From an uncultured Actinomycetes bacterium (GTDB lineage: Bacteria > Actinomycetota > Thermoleophilia > RBG-16-64-13), in NCBI GenBank assembly GCA_963706025.1, contig CAVPLM010000009.1:1-27286 (forward strand): 27,286 bases of DNA, read 5' to 3'. Below, in pieces: positions 19,681-27,146 of this stretch. The first letter of the stretch is position 1. Every line of letters begins with the position of its first letter. The translations under genes were made by a program, and so were the position numbers. The notes under the pieces were generated by a model, which was given only the letters and a program-made list of their open reading frames with translations, had not been told where the DNA came from and did no database searches.

Positions 19681-19708
19681 TAATCGACCGCGCGGGGCGC
19701 AGGGTTTA
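19681..19708 (-). promoter_or_regulatory. sigma28-type promoter for the HD-GYP/GGDEF gene
   Basis: Minus strand TAAA-N16-GTCGATTA (6/8 to GCCGATAA), 36 nt upstream of ATG 19644, same distance as at the DUF4388 gene. Confidence 0.6.
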
Positions 19709-19793
19709 GAGCCGAGGAACTTGGGGTCCTGCTCGAGACCACGAGGGAGGAACAGCGGTGCCCGGTGACCGGCTCTCGAGTGACGCGCGGTGC

Positions 19794-19822
19794 TTGACAA
19801 CAATGGCACTGCTGTCTACGGT
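19794..19822 (+). promoter_or_regulatory. Housekeeping sigma70-type promoter for the SLH protein gene
   Basis: TTGACA-N17-TACGGT. Confidence 0.65.
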
Positions 19823-19904
19823 TTCGGAAAAAGGAAGGATGGACTGGGGGTGGACGGGCATGGGTACAGCGAGAGCAGTCAGCCGGTCGCCAAGAGGTGG
19901 TCGG

Positions 19905-21587
19905 ATGGGCGAACGGGTCCGGTTGGGTAGCGGCGGTGTGACCGTCCGAGCGGCGCTGCCGGCTGGGCTGACGTTATTGCTGACGGTCGCCCTGGTCTTC
20001 GCGTTCGGTGTGCTGAGGGCGACGGACGCTCGCGCCTCTGTCGTGCTTTGCGACGTCGTTTCGTCCTCGGTCCAATTCAGTGATATTGGCTCGTCGCCGT
20101 ACAAGACCGCTATCGAGGCCCTTGCGTCAGCGCAGATCATCAACGGTTACGCGGACGGCACGTTCCGTCCGGACGACCCCGTCATCCGCCAGCAGTTCGC
20201 CAAGATGATCGTCCTGAGCCTGGGTCTGACCGTCAAGCTCACCGACGTATGCCCATTCGCCGATGTGGTGGATGGTGGTGGCATCGATCCCCTCTACCCG
20301 GCGCACTACGTTGCCGTCTGTGCGTCGAACAAGATCACCGAAGGCAAGAGTCCCGGCAGATTCGACCCCTATGAGAACATCACCCGGGCCCAGATCGCGA
20401 GCATGGTGGTCCGCGCCGCACAAGGGCTGGCCCCGGCGGTCCTGACCACTTCGAATGTCGCAGGAGCTCTCCTATATGACGCCCCGCCCCACACCGAGAA
20501 CCTTGCCAAAGCCACGGTGAACGGGCTGCTCAACGGTCTTGCAGGGTTCGGAAAAGCAGGCTGGGACCCCTGGAAAGATTCCACCCGAGGCGAGGTGGCC
20601 CAGGTGCTCTACAACCTGCGCGAACGGGCCAGGCCCGGTTCGCTCCTTTACTCCGACCAGCTTCTGACTCCCTCCGGCAACTGGCAGGACGTTTCCACGG
20701 GCGGCGCCCATTTCGACTACGAAGTGGCGGGCTATGTGGGAGAGGCGGCTTCCGGGGGCCAGGCTTCCGAGGCTCGGACGAAGCTGACCGGCTTGTACGC
20801 TGATTTCAGGGCCGAGTTCACGGCCACTCCGCTGTCGGGCGCCAACCCCGGGTTCGGCATATGCGTGAGGACCGATCCGACCACCGGCGATCCCGCGACG
20901 GGAGGCGGTTACCGCTTCTTGGTGCTTGCGAACAACCACCTCCAGTACTCCAGGTGGGGCGCCGGCGGAGAGCTGGAGGAGACCGGCGACGTCGCTCTAC
21001 CTGTGCCTCAGGGGATCGTGGCCCAGGGGATGCAGCCGGGCGACCTAGCGGTCCTGGGTAAACAGAACACCGTCACCTGCTACTGGAACGGCACAAAGGT
21101 GGTGCAGCTCACCGGCTCCCCGAGCACTCCACAAGCCGGAGCCGTGTCCTTGGTCGTGAACGGAGGGGGATCCGCGGCCCAAGTCTCGTTCAGTGAGTTC
21201 AAGATCCTGAACGCCGGTAACGCCACCACGTACAACGTCACCATCAACGCCATCGACAAGAACGGCACTCGTGTGGGATCGGTCCACACCGGTGACGTGG
21301 TGGACGTGCAGGCCTCCGGGACCTGGGACATGGGCAACGGCAACATCGGGGGACCGGACGGCATCGTCATGCCGCACCCGGACGAGTCCGACGTGATCCT
21401 CGTCACCGAGCCCATCGGAGAGCTGATCGCGCGTATCGGGCCTCAGCTGTTGCCGGTGGGGAGCAACAGGACCTTCGCCGTGCCACGGGACGGCGATCTC
21501 TATCTGCTCTTCAACGACCGGCCGGATTACTACGGAGACAACGCGGGCTCCGTAAGTGTCCACGTGACTGTGTACTCGGCGCAATAG
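19905..21587 (+). CDS. SLH-domain surface protein with DUF1080/ConA-like beta-sandwich and C-terminal LecA (PA-IL)-like lectin domain
   Basis: Signal peptide; SLH repeats FSDI..IINGYADGTFRPDDPVIRQQFA, ITRAQIA, STRGEVA; C-terminus GELIARIG..GDLYLLFNDRPDYYGDNAGSVSV resembles LecA LIYNDVPGTYGNNSGSFSV; GAGG RBS before ATG 19905. Confidence 0.8.
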   Translation: MGERVRLGSGGVTVRAALPAGLTLLLTVALVFAFGVLRATDARASVVLCDVVSSSVQFSDIGSSPYKTAIEALASAQIINGYADGTFRPDDPVIRQQFAKMIVLSLGLTVKLTDVCPFADVVDGGGIDPLYPAHYVAVCASNKITEGKSPGRFDPYENITRAQIASMVVRAAQGLAPAVLTTSNVAGALLYDAPPHTENLAKATVNGLLNGLAGFGKAGWDPWKDSTRGEVAQVLYNLRERARPGSLLYSDQLLTPSGNWQDVSTGGAHFDYEVAGYVGEAASGGQASEARTKLTGLYADFRAEFTATPLSGANPGFGICVRTDPTTGDPATGGGYRFLVLANNHLQYSRWGAGGELEETGDVALPVPQGIVAQGMQPGDLAVLGKQNTVTCYWNGTKVVQLTGSPSTPQAGAVSLVVNGGGSAAQVSFSEFKILNAGNATTYNVTINAIDKNGTRVGSVHTGDVVDVQASGTWDMGNGNIGGPDGIVMPHPDESDVILVTEPIGELIARIGPQLLPVGSNRTFAVPRDGDLYLLFNDRPDYYGDNAGSVSVHVTVYSAQ

Positions 21588-21643
21588 CAGGAGATCGGTT
21601 CCTTTGCCGGGCTGACGGGTGCCACACCCAGGCGCTGCCGGAC

Positions 21644-22693
21644 TCACTGCACGAGCCCCGACGCCAGGAGGCTGTCGGCGTCGTAGAACACTTCCTCCCG
21701 GGTGATGAGACCGTGCGGATCGATGTCGAACGATTTCTCATGCCTGGTGCCGAGCTCGAAGGTGGTGAGGCTCTCGACGCTTGTCGGTATGCCCGCCACC
21801 ACCAGGTTGCACCGGTAGTGGATCCCCACCGCGATGATGGCCCCCTGCTCGGGTGGTTGCTCGGCAGACGGGTCGAGGCCGTCGTTGGTCTGGACGTAGA
21901 GGTCGATCACCTCGAGCGTGAGCGGGCCGCCCGACCCGAACCGCGTGTCGCCCAGCTCACCGATGGCGGCCGCTCCCTGGGCCTGAATGCCCCGCATGGT
22001 GTCGGAGAACACGGCGTCGTCGCGGTAGAGGGCGGCGATCCGGTCTTTGTCCCCCGAGGACCAGGCCGCGAGATACCGGTCGGCGATCGCCCACAGCTGT
22101 TCGGAGCCGCCTTCACCCGGGGCGAAACATGCCATCGACAGCATCTCGAGAGTCGCCGGCACAGCCCAGATTTCCCAACTGGCTACCAGGCCGTCCTTGA
22201 ACCGGAACAGTTCGAGCGCGCGCACCGGAGGATGATTCGCCGGCTCCGGCAACCCGGGGGGCCACAGGTTCTCCATCACGCCGTTGTAGGCGGCACCATC
22301 CGCCGAGAGGTACACCGCTTTCTGGCGGAACCTATAGTCGGGAAAGGAGGAGAACATGGACCGGGTGAGCGCAACTACCTGCTGCTTGCCCTCAATGAGA
22401 AAGTCACCGTCGCCCGGGTCGTAGAAGGCGATATTGTCGGCGAACTCGGGAAAAGTAGCGCTAACGTCCCCGTACATACCGAAGAACCGGTCGGCGAAGG
22501 CGACTGCATCCGTCTTCCACTGAGCGATCTCGGCCCGCGACATCGGTTCTTCACCGCCGCATGCGGCCACCGGACCCACCAACCCGGCGGCCAGCACAAC
22601 GATCGAGGCGAGGAGCCACCGTTTGGCGAGGAGCCACCGTTTGGCGAGGAGCCATCGTTTGACAGTGCCGCTCGGCAGAAACTTGGCTCCCAT
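21644..22693 (-). CDS. Lipoprotein with two SnoaL/NTF2-like domains (module 2)
   Basis: Lipobox VAAC; domain 1 FADNIAFYDP..EGKQQV..FPD..FRFKDGLVASW; domain 2 DRYLAAWSSGD..LYRDDAVFSD..GLITREEVFYD; GGAGGGG RBS before ATG 22693. Confidence 0.78.
   Translation of the reverse strand: MGAKFLPSGTVKRWLLAKRWLLAKRWLLASIVVLAAGLVGPVAACGGEEPMSRAEIAQWKTDAVAFADRFFGMYGDVSATFPEFADNIAFYDPGDGDFLIEGKQQVVALTRSMFSSFPDYRFRQKAVYLSADGAAYNGVMENLWPPGLPEPANHPPVRALELFRFKDGLVASWEIWAVPATLEMLSMACFAPGEGGSEQLWAIADRYLAAWSSGDKDRIAALYRDDAVFSDTMRGIQAQGAAAIGELGDTRFGSGGPLTLEVIDLYVQTNDGLDPSAEQPPEQGAIIAVGIHYRCNLVVAGIPTSVESLTTFELGTRHEKSFDIDPHGLITREEVFYDADSLLASGLVQ
22607..22660. repeat. 18-bp tandem repeat x3 (KRWLLA) in the lipoprotein signal peptide
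   Basis: ggcgaggagccaccgttt x2 plus ggcgaggagccatcgttt. Confidence 0.92.
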
Positions 22694-22773
22694 CGCACAC
22701 CCCCTCCGATCTGGATTCTCGTCCTTGGTTACGCCGGTCACCCCAACTCAGGCTTTGTACCAAGTCACCAGTG

Positions 22774-24886
22774 CTAGTTGCTGCCCTGCACCCATTTGAA
22801 GACGCCGCCGGTGGTGGTGGCGTAAAGCCCTCCGCTGGAGGCGGGATCGATAACGATGTTGAGGTACCCCGTGTCGGGCAGCTCCCCCATGATGTTCTCC
22901 CAGGTGGCTCCTCCGTCGACGGAGCGATAGATGCCTGCTTTCGCTACGCTTTCGACCACTTGGGACGTGACCACGTACAGCGTGTCGGGTGACCGAGGAT
23001 CAAACAGCAACTGCTGGATGTACTTCGCGGGGCCTTCGAGGTCGACCTTCTGCCACGTCGCTCCCCCGTCGACGGAGCGGGAGACCGAGTACGCGCCGGT
23101 ATCCGAGCACTGGACCGCGTAGACGCCGGAGGGGTCATGCGGATCTACCGCGATGTCTACGACCGCATCCACCCACTCCTCGGGAGAGACGACCGTCCAC
23201 GTGCCTCCCGTGTCTGTCGATTTGAACACCCGGCTCGAGGCGGCAGCGAAGAGGGTGGAGGGTGTCTTCGGGTCGGCGACGACGCAGGTCGCCCCTTCAA
23301 GGACCTCGCTCCAGGTGTTCCCGCCATCGGTGGATCTGGATAGACCACCCTCCGGGCCCGTCAGGCTCGCCGCCATCGTGGGCGTTGCGAACACGATATC
23401 GGGGTTGTCGGCCGCGACGCTGAGCAGGGCACTTGCGGTGGGTCCGCTCAGGCCCACACCCGTCAGCCCGGCCCAATTCTCCCCGCCATCGTCGCTACGG
23501 AACAGTCCAATGGAGGTCCACGCGTAGAGTCTCGATGGAGTCGAGGGCGCCAGGGCCACGGAGCCCTCGCCCGCCAGGATCAGGGTCCAGTCTGTTCCGC
23601 CATCGGTGGATCGGAAGATCCCGGCGCTCGTGGCCGCGTACAGAGTCGAGGGAGTAATCGGATCGACTAGAAAGCTGCTGACTGCCGGAATTCCCGAAGC
23701 CGGTGCTCGCCTTCCTCCAGCTCCGCCCGCCGTCGGTGGATTTGTACACGCCCTCCATGGTCGGCGCGTAGAGGATCGAGGGTTGATCGGGGTCAACGAT
23801 CACCGATCCAGCCCTGGCGCCATCGGAGGCAGATACCCCACCAGGTAGCCCGTTGTTGCCAGGGACGACGCCGACAACAGCGCCCGTGTCCGCATCGGTC
23901 ACGGTGCCGTCAAAGGAAGCCAGGAACGCATCAAGAGCCTGCTGCGCAGCGGCGGGCAGGCTGGAAACACCGTCGCGATAGGCATGTTCGCGAAGGTCCT
24001 CAACACCCGTGCCGCCCATAGCTTGGTCTGCCTCTTCCTCGGTAAGCCCGGTCCAGGTCTCGCCCCGGTCGGTCGAGCGGTACCACCCACTGTTCCCAAA
24101 CATGAAGACCGTGGAGGGGGTGGATGCCGTGTCAAACGATATAGCTCCGAAATACCCGCTCAATCCCGGGGTGCTTGCGTCGGTCAGGTGCGCCCAGGTG
24201 GCGCCTCCGTCATCAGATCTGAGCAGCTGTGGCGGCCCCGGAGAATCGCCCGACAGCCACGCGATCATGTAGACCGTGGAAGGGGAAGCGGGATCGAATG
24301 CCACCACGAACACCTGGCCCGCAAAGGCCGAGAAACTCAGGGTTTGGTTCCAGCTCCCCGCGCCATCAGTCGACTTGAATAGGCCGGCCGCCGTTTCGGC
24401 GTAGAGGTCCGACGGGGTGCTGGGATCCAAGACCAGGGTCTTGATGGGAACGTCACTGCGCGCCAACGGCAGGCGCTCCCAGTACCCGTTTTGCGCGTCG
24501 TTCCCCGTCGGCTGGCCGCCGGTATCGATGTCGGTGTCGTCGGTGATCCTCAGCACGAAGTCCGGCTTTGCCAGGTATTTGAAAGCTTCGAGGCCGCCCA
24601 AGGCCACGGCGGCCACCAGGACGACGGCGATGGAGGCAAAGACCGCGATGCGCAAGCCGCTCCTCCGCCTCGGCGTGGACGCTCTCGGCGCGGAGGCTTC
24701 TCTGGGCGCGGACGACCGCTTCTGGCCACTAACCCGCTCGTCAACCCCAGCCATCAATGGCCAACGTTCCTGAGATGCTCTCTTATCCTGCTGCGCCCGT
24801 CCCTCGATGACGTCCCATACTCCGCTTGGATCCACGGGCACCGCGAGGCGCTTCAGTCTTTCTTCGAGTTGCCGGTTCCCGTTCAC
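22774..24886 (-). CDS. Single-pass BNR beta-propeller protein, candidate anti-sigma (module 2), apparent frameshift ~23693
   Basis: ORFs 23495..24886 and 22774..23796 join at STGFG/IPAVSS into a full-length paralog of 13927..15942; GTGA overlap with the sigma stop. Confidence 0.8.
22788..23361. repeat. Near-identical direct repeat, copy 2
   Basis: About 97% identical to 13941..14514 by manual alignment. Confidence 0.92.
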
Positions 24887-25467
24887 CGCTGTACCTCCAG
24901 TGTCTCTCGTAGTGTCCGCAGGGCGCGATGCAGGTGCTGGTCGACCGTGCCCTCCGAGACGTGCATGACTTCGGCCACCTCGCGCGCGGTCAAGTCGCCC
25001 ACGTAGTAGAGGGCAACCGCCGCGCGCTGTTTCGGAGGCAGGGCCCTCAGCTGCTCCCAGAGCTCCGGGTCAAGCGACCAGACCTCCTCCGGCACTATGG
25101 GTTGCTGTTCGATCTTGAGCAGGAGTCTGGCTTGTTTCCAGATCGAGCGCTGATGCTCATGGATCTGGTTCAAAGCGACTCGGCGCACCCAGCCGGCTGG
25201 ATCCTCATAGGTGGCTAGACGGTCCCACCCGCGGACAAGGCAGACGAAGGCCTCTTGGACCGCGTCGGCGGCTGTCTCCCGGTCGCCGGCCACGATCGCC
25301 AGGGCTTGGACGAGACGGACGTATTCGTGCTCGAACACGTCTTCGGGGCACGTGTAGCGCGTACGCTCCCGGAGTCTGTCATCGCTCATCGGCCAGTCGC
25401 TCAAACGGGTCACGCTCCCCGCCTTCAACAACGTTTTGCCGTTCGTGTGCACCTTAGTCAGCCCCAT
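24883..25467 (-). CDS. ECF RNA polymerase sigma factor, SigE-like (module 2)
   Basis: Close paralog of 15935..16510 (DAVQEAF, GWDRL, PAGWVRRVALN, LPPKQRAAV, VSEGTVDQHLHRA); alternative start GTG 25452. Confidence 0.92.
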   Translation of the reverse strand: MGLTKVHTNGKTLLKAGSVTRLSDWPMSDDRLRERTRYTCPEDVFEHEYVRLVQALAIVAGDRETAADAVQEAFVCLVRGWDRLATYEDPAGWVRRVALNQIHEHQRSIWKQARLLLKIEQQPIVPEEVWSLDPELWEQLRALPPKQRAAVALYYVGDLTAREVAEVMHVSEGTVDQHLHRALRTLRETLEVQR

Positions 25468-25496
25468 CTCCGCATCCCTATTGTCCTGCTTTCGGC

Positions 25497-25529
25497 ATAG
25501 ACTCGCACGAGGGGGTCAAATCCTTGACA
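25497..25529 (-). promoter_or_regulatory. Putative autoregulatory ECF promoter of module 2
   Basis: TGTCAAG-N17-CGAGTCTAT, same spacing as module 1 with a largely diverged spacer. Confidence 0.58.
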
Positions 25530-25717
25530 TGGGGCGAGAAGAGATCTTGGGGGCTCGAGGGCGAGGGGAGATTAAGCCGTCATTGCGCCGGCGCGCAGCC
25601 CTCCGCCGGAGGCCGAGCGGAGACCAGGTCCACCGGGGTCTGGGGGGGTGGGGTCAACCGAATCTTACTTCACCCCAATGGTTCCGCGCCAACTCTACGC
25701 GGTCACGCCCGCGCCGC

Positions 25718-25945
25718 CTATGACGCCGTGCGCTCCAGCCGCTCGGCGATCCACATCTTGATCAGCGACTGCCTCGTGACTCCGAGACGCTCAGCCTCGC
25801 GGTCGAGCGATTCGACCATCCAGGAGGGGAAGTCGACGTTCACGCGCCGGGCCGTCCGCAGTGGCCGATGTGCAGCCGCCAGGTCGAGATTGTCCGTCAG
25901 ATCGTGGCCCGCATCGAACTTCTCGTCAAACTCTCTAGCCTTCAT
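25718..25945 (-). CDS. brnA: BrnA-type (CopG/RHH) antitoxin
   Basis: MKAREFDEKFDAG..RRVNVDFPSWMVESLDREAERLGVTRQSLIKMWIAERL; 11-nt overlap with the BrnT-like stop. Confidence 0.85.
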   Translation of the reverse strand: MKAREFDEKFDAGHDLTDNLDLAAAHRPLRTARRVNVDFPSWMVESLDREAERLGVTRQSLIKMWIAERLERTAS

Positions 25946-26099
25946 AGATGGCCACCTCCTCGTCGCGGGACCGGCGCACGGAGATCACACGGATCCGGTC
26001 CTTACGGTGGGTGATAACCGCCGACCAGTGTTTGCCGGCGATGGTCCCGATCACCACGAACCGTGATTTGTATTCGGTGTGGACCGTCTCACCGATCAC
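25935..26099 (-). pseudogene. brnT: 5'-truncated BrnT family toxin
   Basis: RFVVIGTIAGKHWSAVITHRKDRIRVISVRRSRDEEVAIYEG matches the BrnT C-terminal half; the N-terminal FEFD..K..N..KHGIDF part is absent and replaced by the mqsA 3' end. Confidence 0.75.
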
Positions 26100-26571
26100 G
26101 ATCGAGCCTGCGAACGGGCGGCCGGGGATCGCGGAGAAGGCACGGAGCTTGCGAGCACTCCCGCGGTTTCGGGCATAGCACGGATCAGCCTCATGAGCCG
26201 GTCGGCGGTCGCGCTCTGAAACACGGTGCCCTTTCCCAACGCACGACGGTCTTCGGGCCAACCCCGATCAGCTTCTCGAACGCGGCTTGCGAAAGATCGA
26301 GCGAGTGCCTCAGTGCCCGGATCTCGTCCGCAGTCAACAGTCCCCGCGCTCGCTTCATGAGCTGGATCGCTTCCTTCTGAAGCTTTTCCATCGCCTCGAC
26401 GCTCAAGAAGGTTTCCCCGCAGTCAGTGCACACCGCGTGTTCGATACCGCTGACCGCGATGGTCTCGCCGCGCATCTCTACTGGCAATGGGTCGCAGGAG
26501 ATCGATACGGTACCGCCGCACGCCCCGCACGTATTGGGAAAAACGTTCACATCAGCCTCCGCAGTGACCAT
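26096..26571 (-). CDS. mqsA: MqsA family antitoxin (YgiT-type zinc finger + HTH), apparent frameshift ~26232
   Basis: CGACG and CTDCGE zinc ligands, LLTADEIRALRHSLDLSQAAFEKLIGVGPKTVVRWE; adding one A gives KGTVFQSATADRLMRLI; TGATG coupling with the upstream gene. Confidence 0.85.
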
Positions 26572-26852
26572 CAATGGGCTGTTCCTTCCCACCAGCACGA
26601 CCACACGTTCACCGCAGCCTGCTCTTCGTCAACATAGATCTTCACGTACCACTCGACACCCTCGACCGCGACGATGTACTCGTCGGCGATCTCACCGTTG
26701 GCGAGGACGCAGGAACCCACCCACACTGCAGATCGGCTCACCCGAACAAGCGTCTTGGTTAGCTGCTCTCTTGCGTCATAACCATGGTTGATGAGCCACC
26801 CTGCGACTCGCAGTGTAGAAACGACCCGGTTCTCGCGTGCGAGTCGACGCAC
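26571..26852 (-). CDS. Divergent MqsR-like toxin (homology extends upstream to PRYDPAL; true start probably ~26896-26914)
   Basis: PRYDPALVRRLARENRVVST, ADEYIV, WYVKI, VWSC parallel MqsR-family motifs; coupled to mqsA. Confidence 0.6.
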   Translation of the reverse strand: MRRLARENRVVSTLRVAGWLINHGYDAREQLTKTLVRVSRSAVWVGSCVLANGEIADEYIVAVEGVEWYVKIYVDEEQAAVNVWSCWWEGTAH

Positions 26853-26912
26853 GAGCGCCGGGTCATAACGGGGCCCCCCAGCGCTGCCGCTGCCAATCGT
26901 CCGCCCGTGCGC

Positions 26913-26941
26913 ATGGTAGCATTATGCTACCTTCTTCTCAA
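26913..26941 (-). promoter_or_regulatory. sigma70-type promoter with embedded perfect palindrome (candidate MqsA operator)
   Basis: TTGAGA-N17-TACCAT; palindrome ggtagcat-t-atgctacc at 26915..26931 covers the spacer and -10. Confidence 0.72.
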
Positions 26942-27146
26942 CCATCGAAGTCACCTCCCGCAATGCAGCCAGTTGGGTCCAGTGAACATCGAGGGAGCCT
27001 GGTTCCTCTCCACCCTTGGTACTGGTATGGCGGCGAATTCGTAGATGAATCGCGGGAGGACGCGCGTGGGCACTAAATCCAGGCTATCGGTCGACCGGCT
27101 GGTTGGCGCCCGCGTTCCCCGCACCGACCGCCTTGAAGATCAGAGC

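Noticed and set aside
11988-22660. CRISPR arrays at the short repeats
   Set aside because: Units are 15-21 bp, abut without spacers and lie in frame within genes; no cas genes.
13941-23361. Diversity-generating retroelement TR/VR pair
   Set aside because: Mismatches include G/C transversions and are not adenine-specific in either copy; both copies are coding; no reverse transcriptase in the window.
595-25218. Many long antisense or alternate-frame ORFs (e.g. 595..1416, 4011..4931, 7300..8265, 21713..22777)
   Set aside because: Shadow ORFs of recognisable genes in high-GC DNA; no motifs.
26945-27140. Possible gene remnant between mazF and the mqsR promoter (plus strand WYWYGGEFVDES)
   Set aside because: No start, RBS or recognisable family; too short to support.
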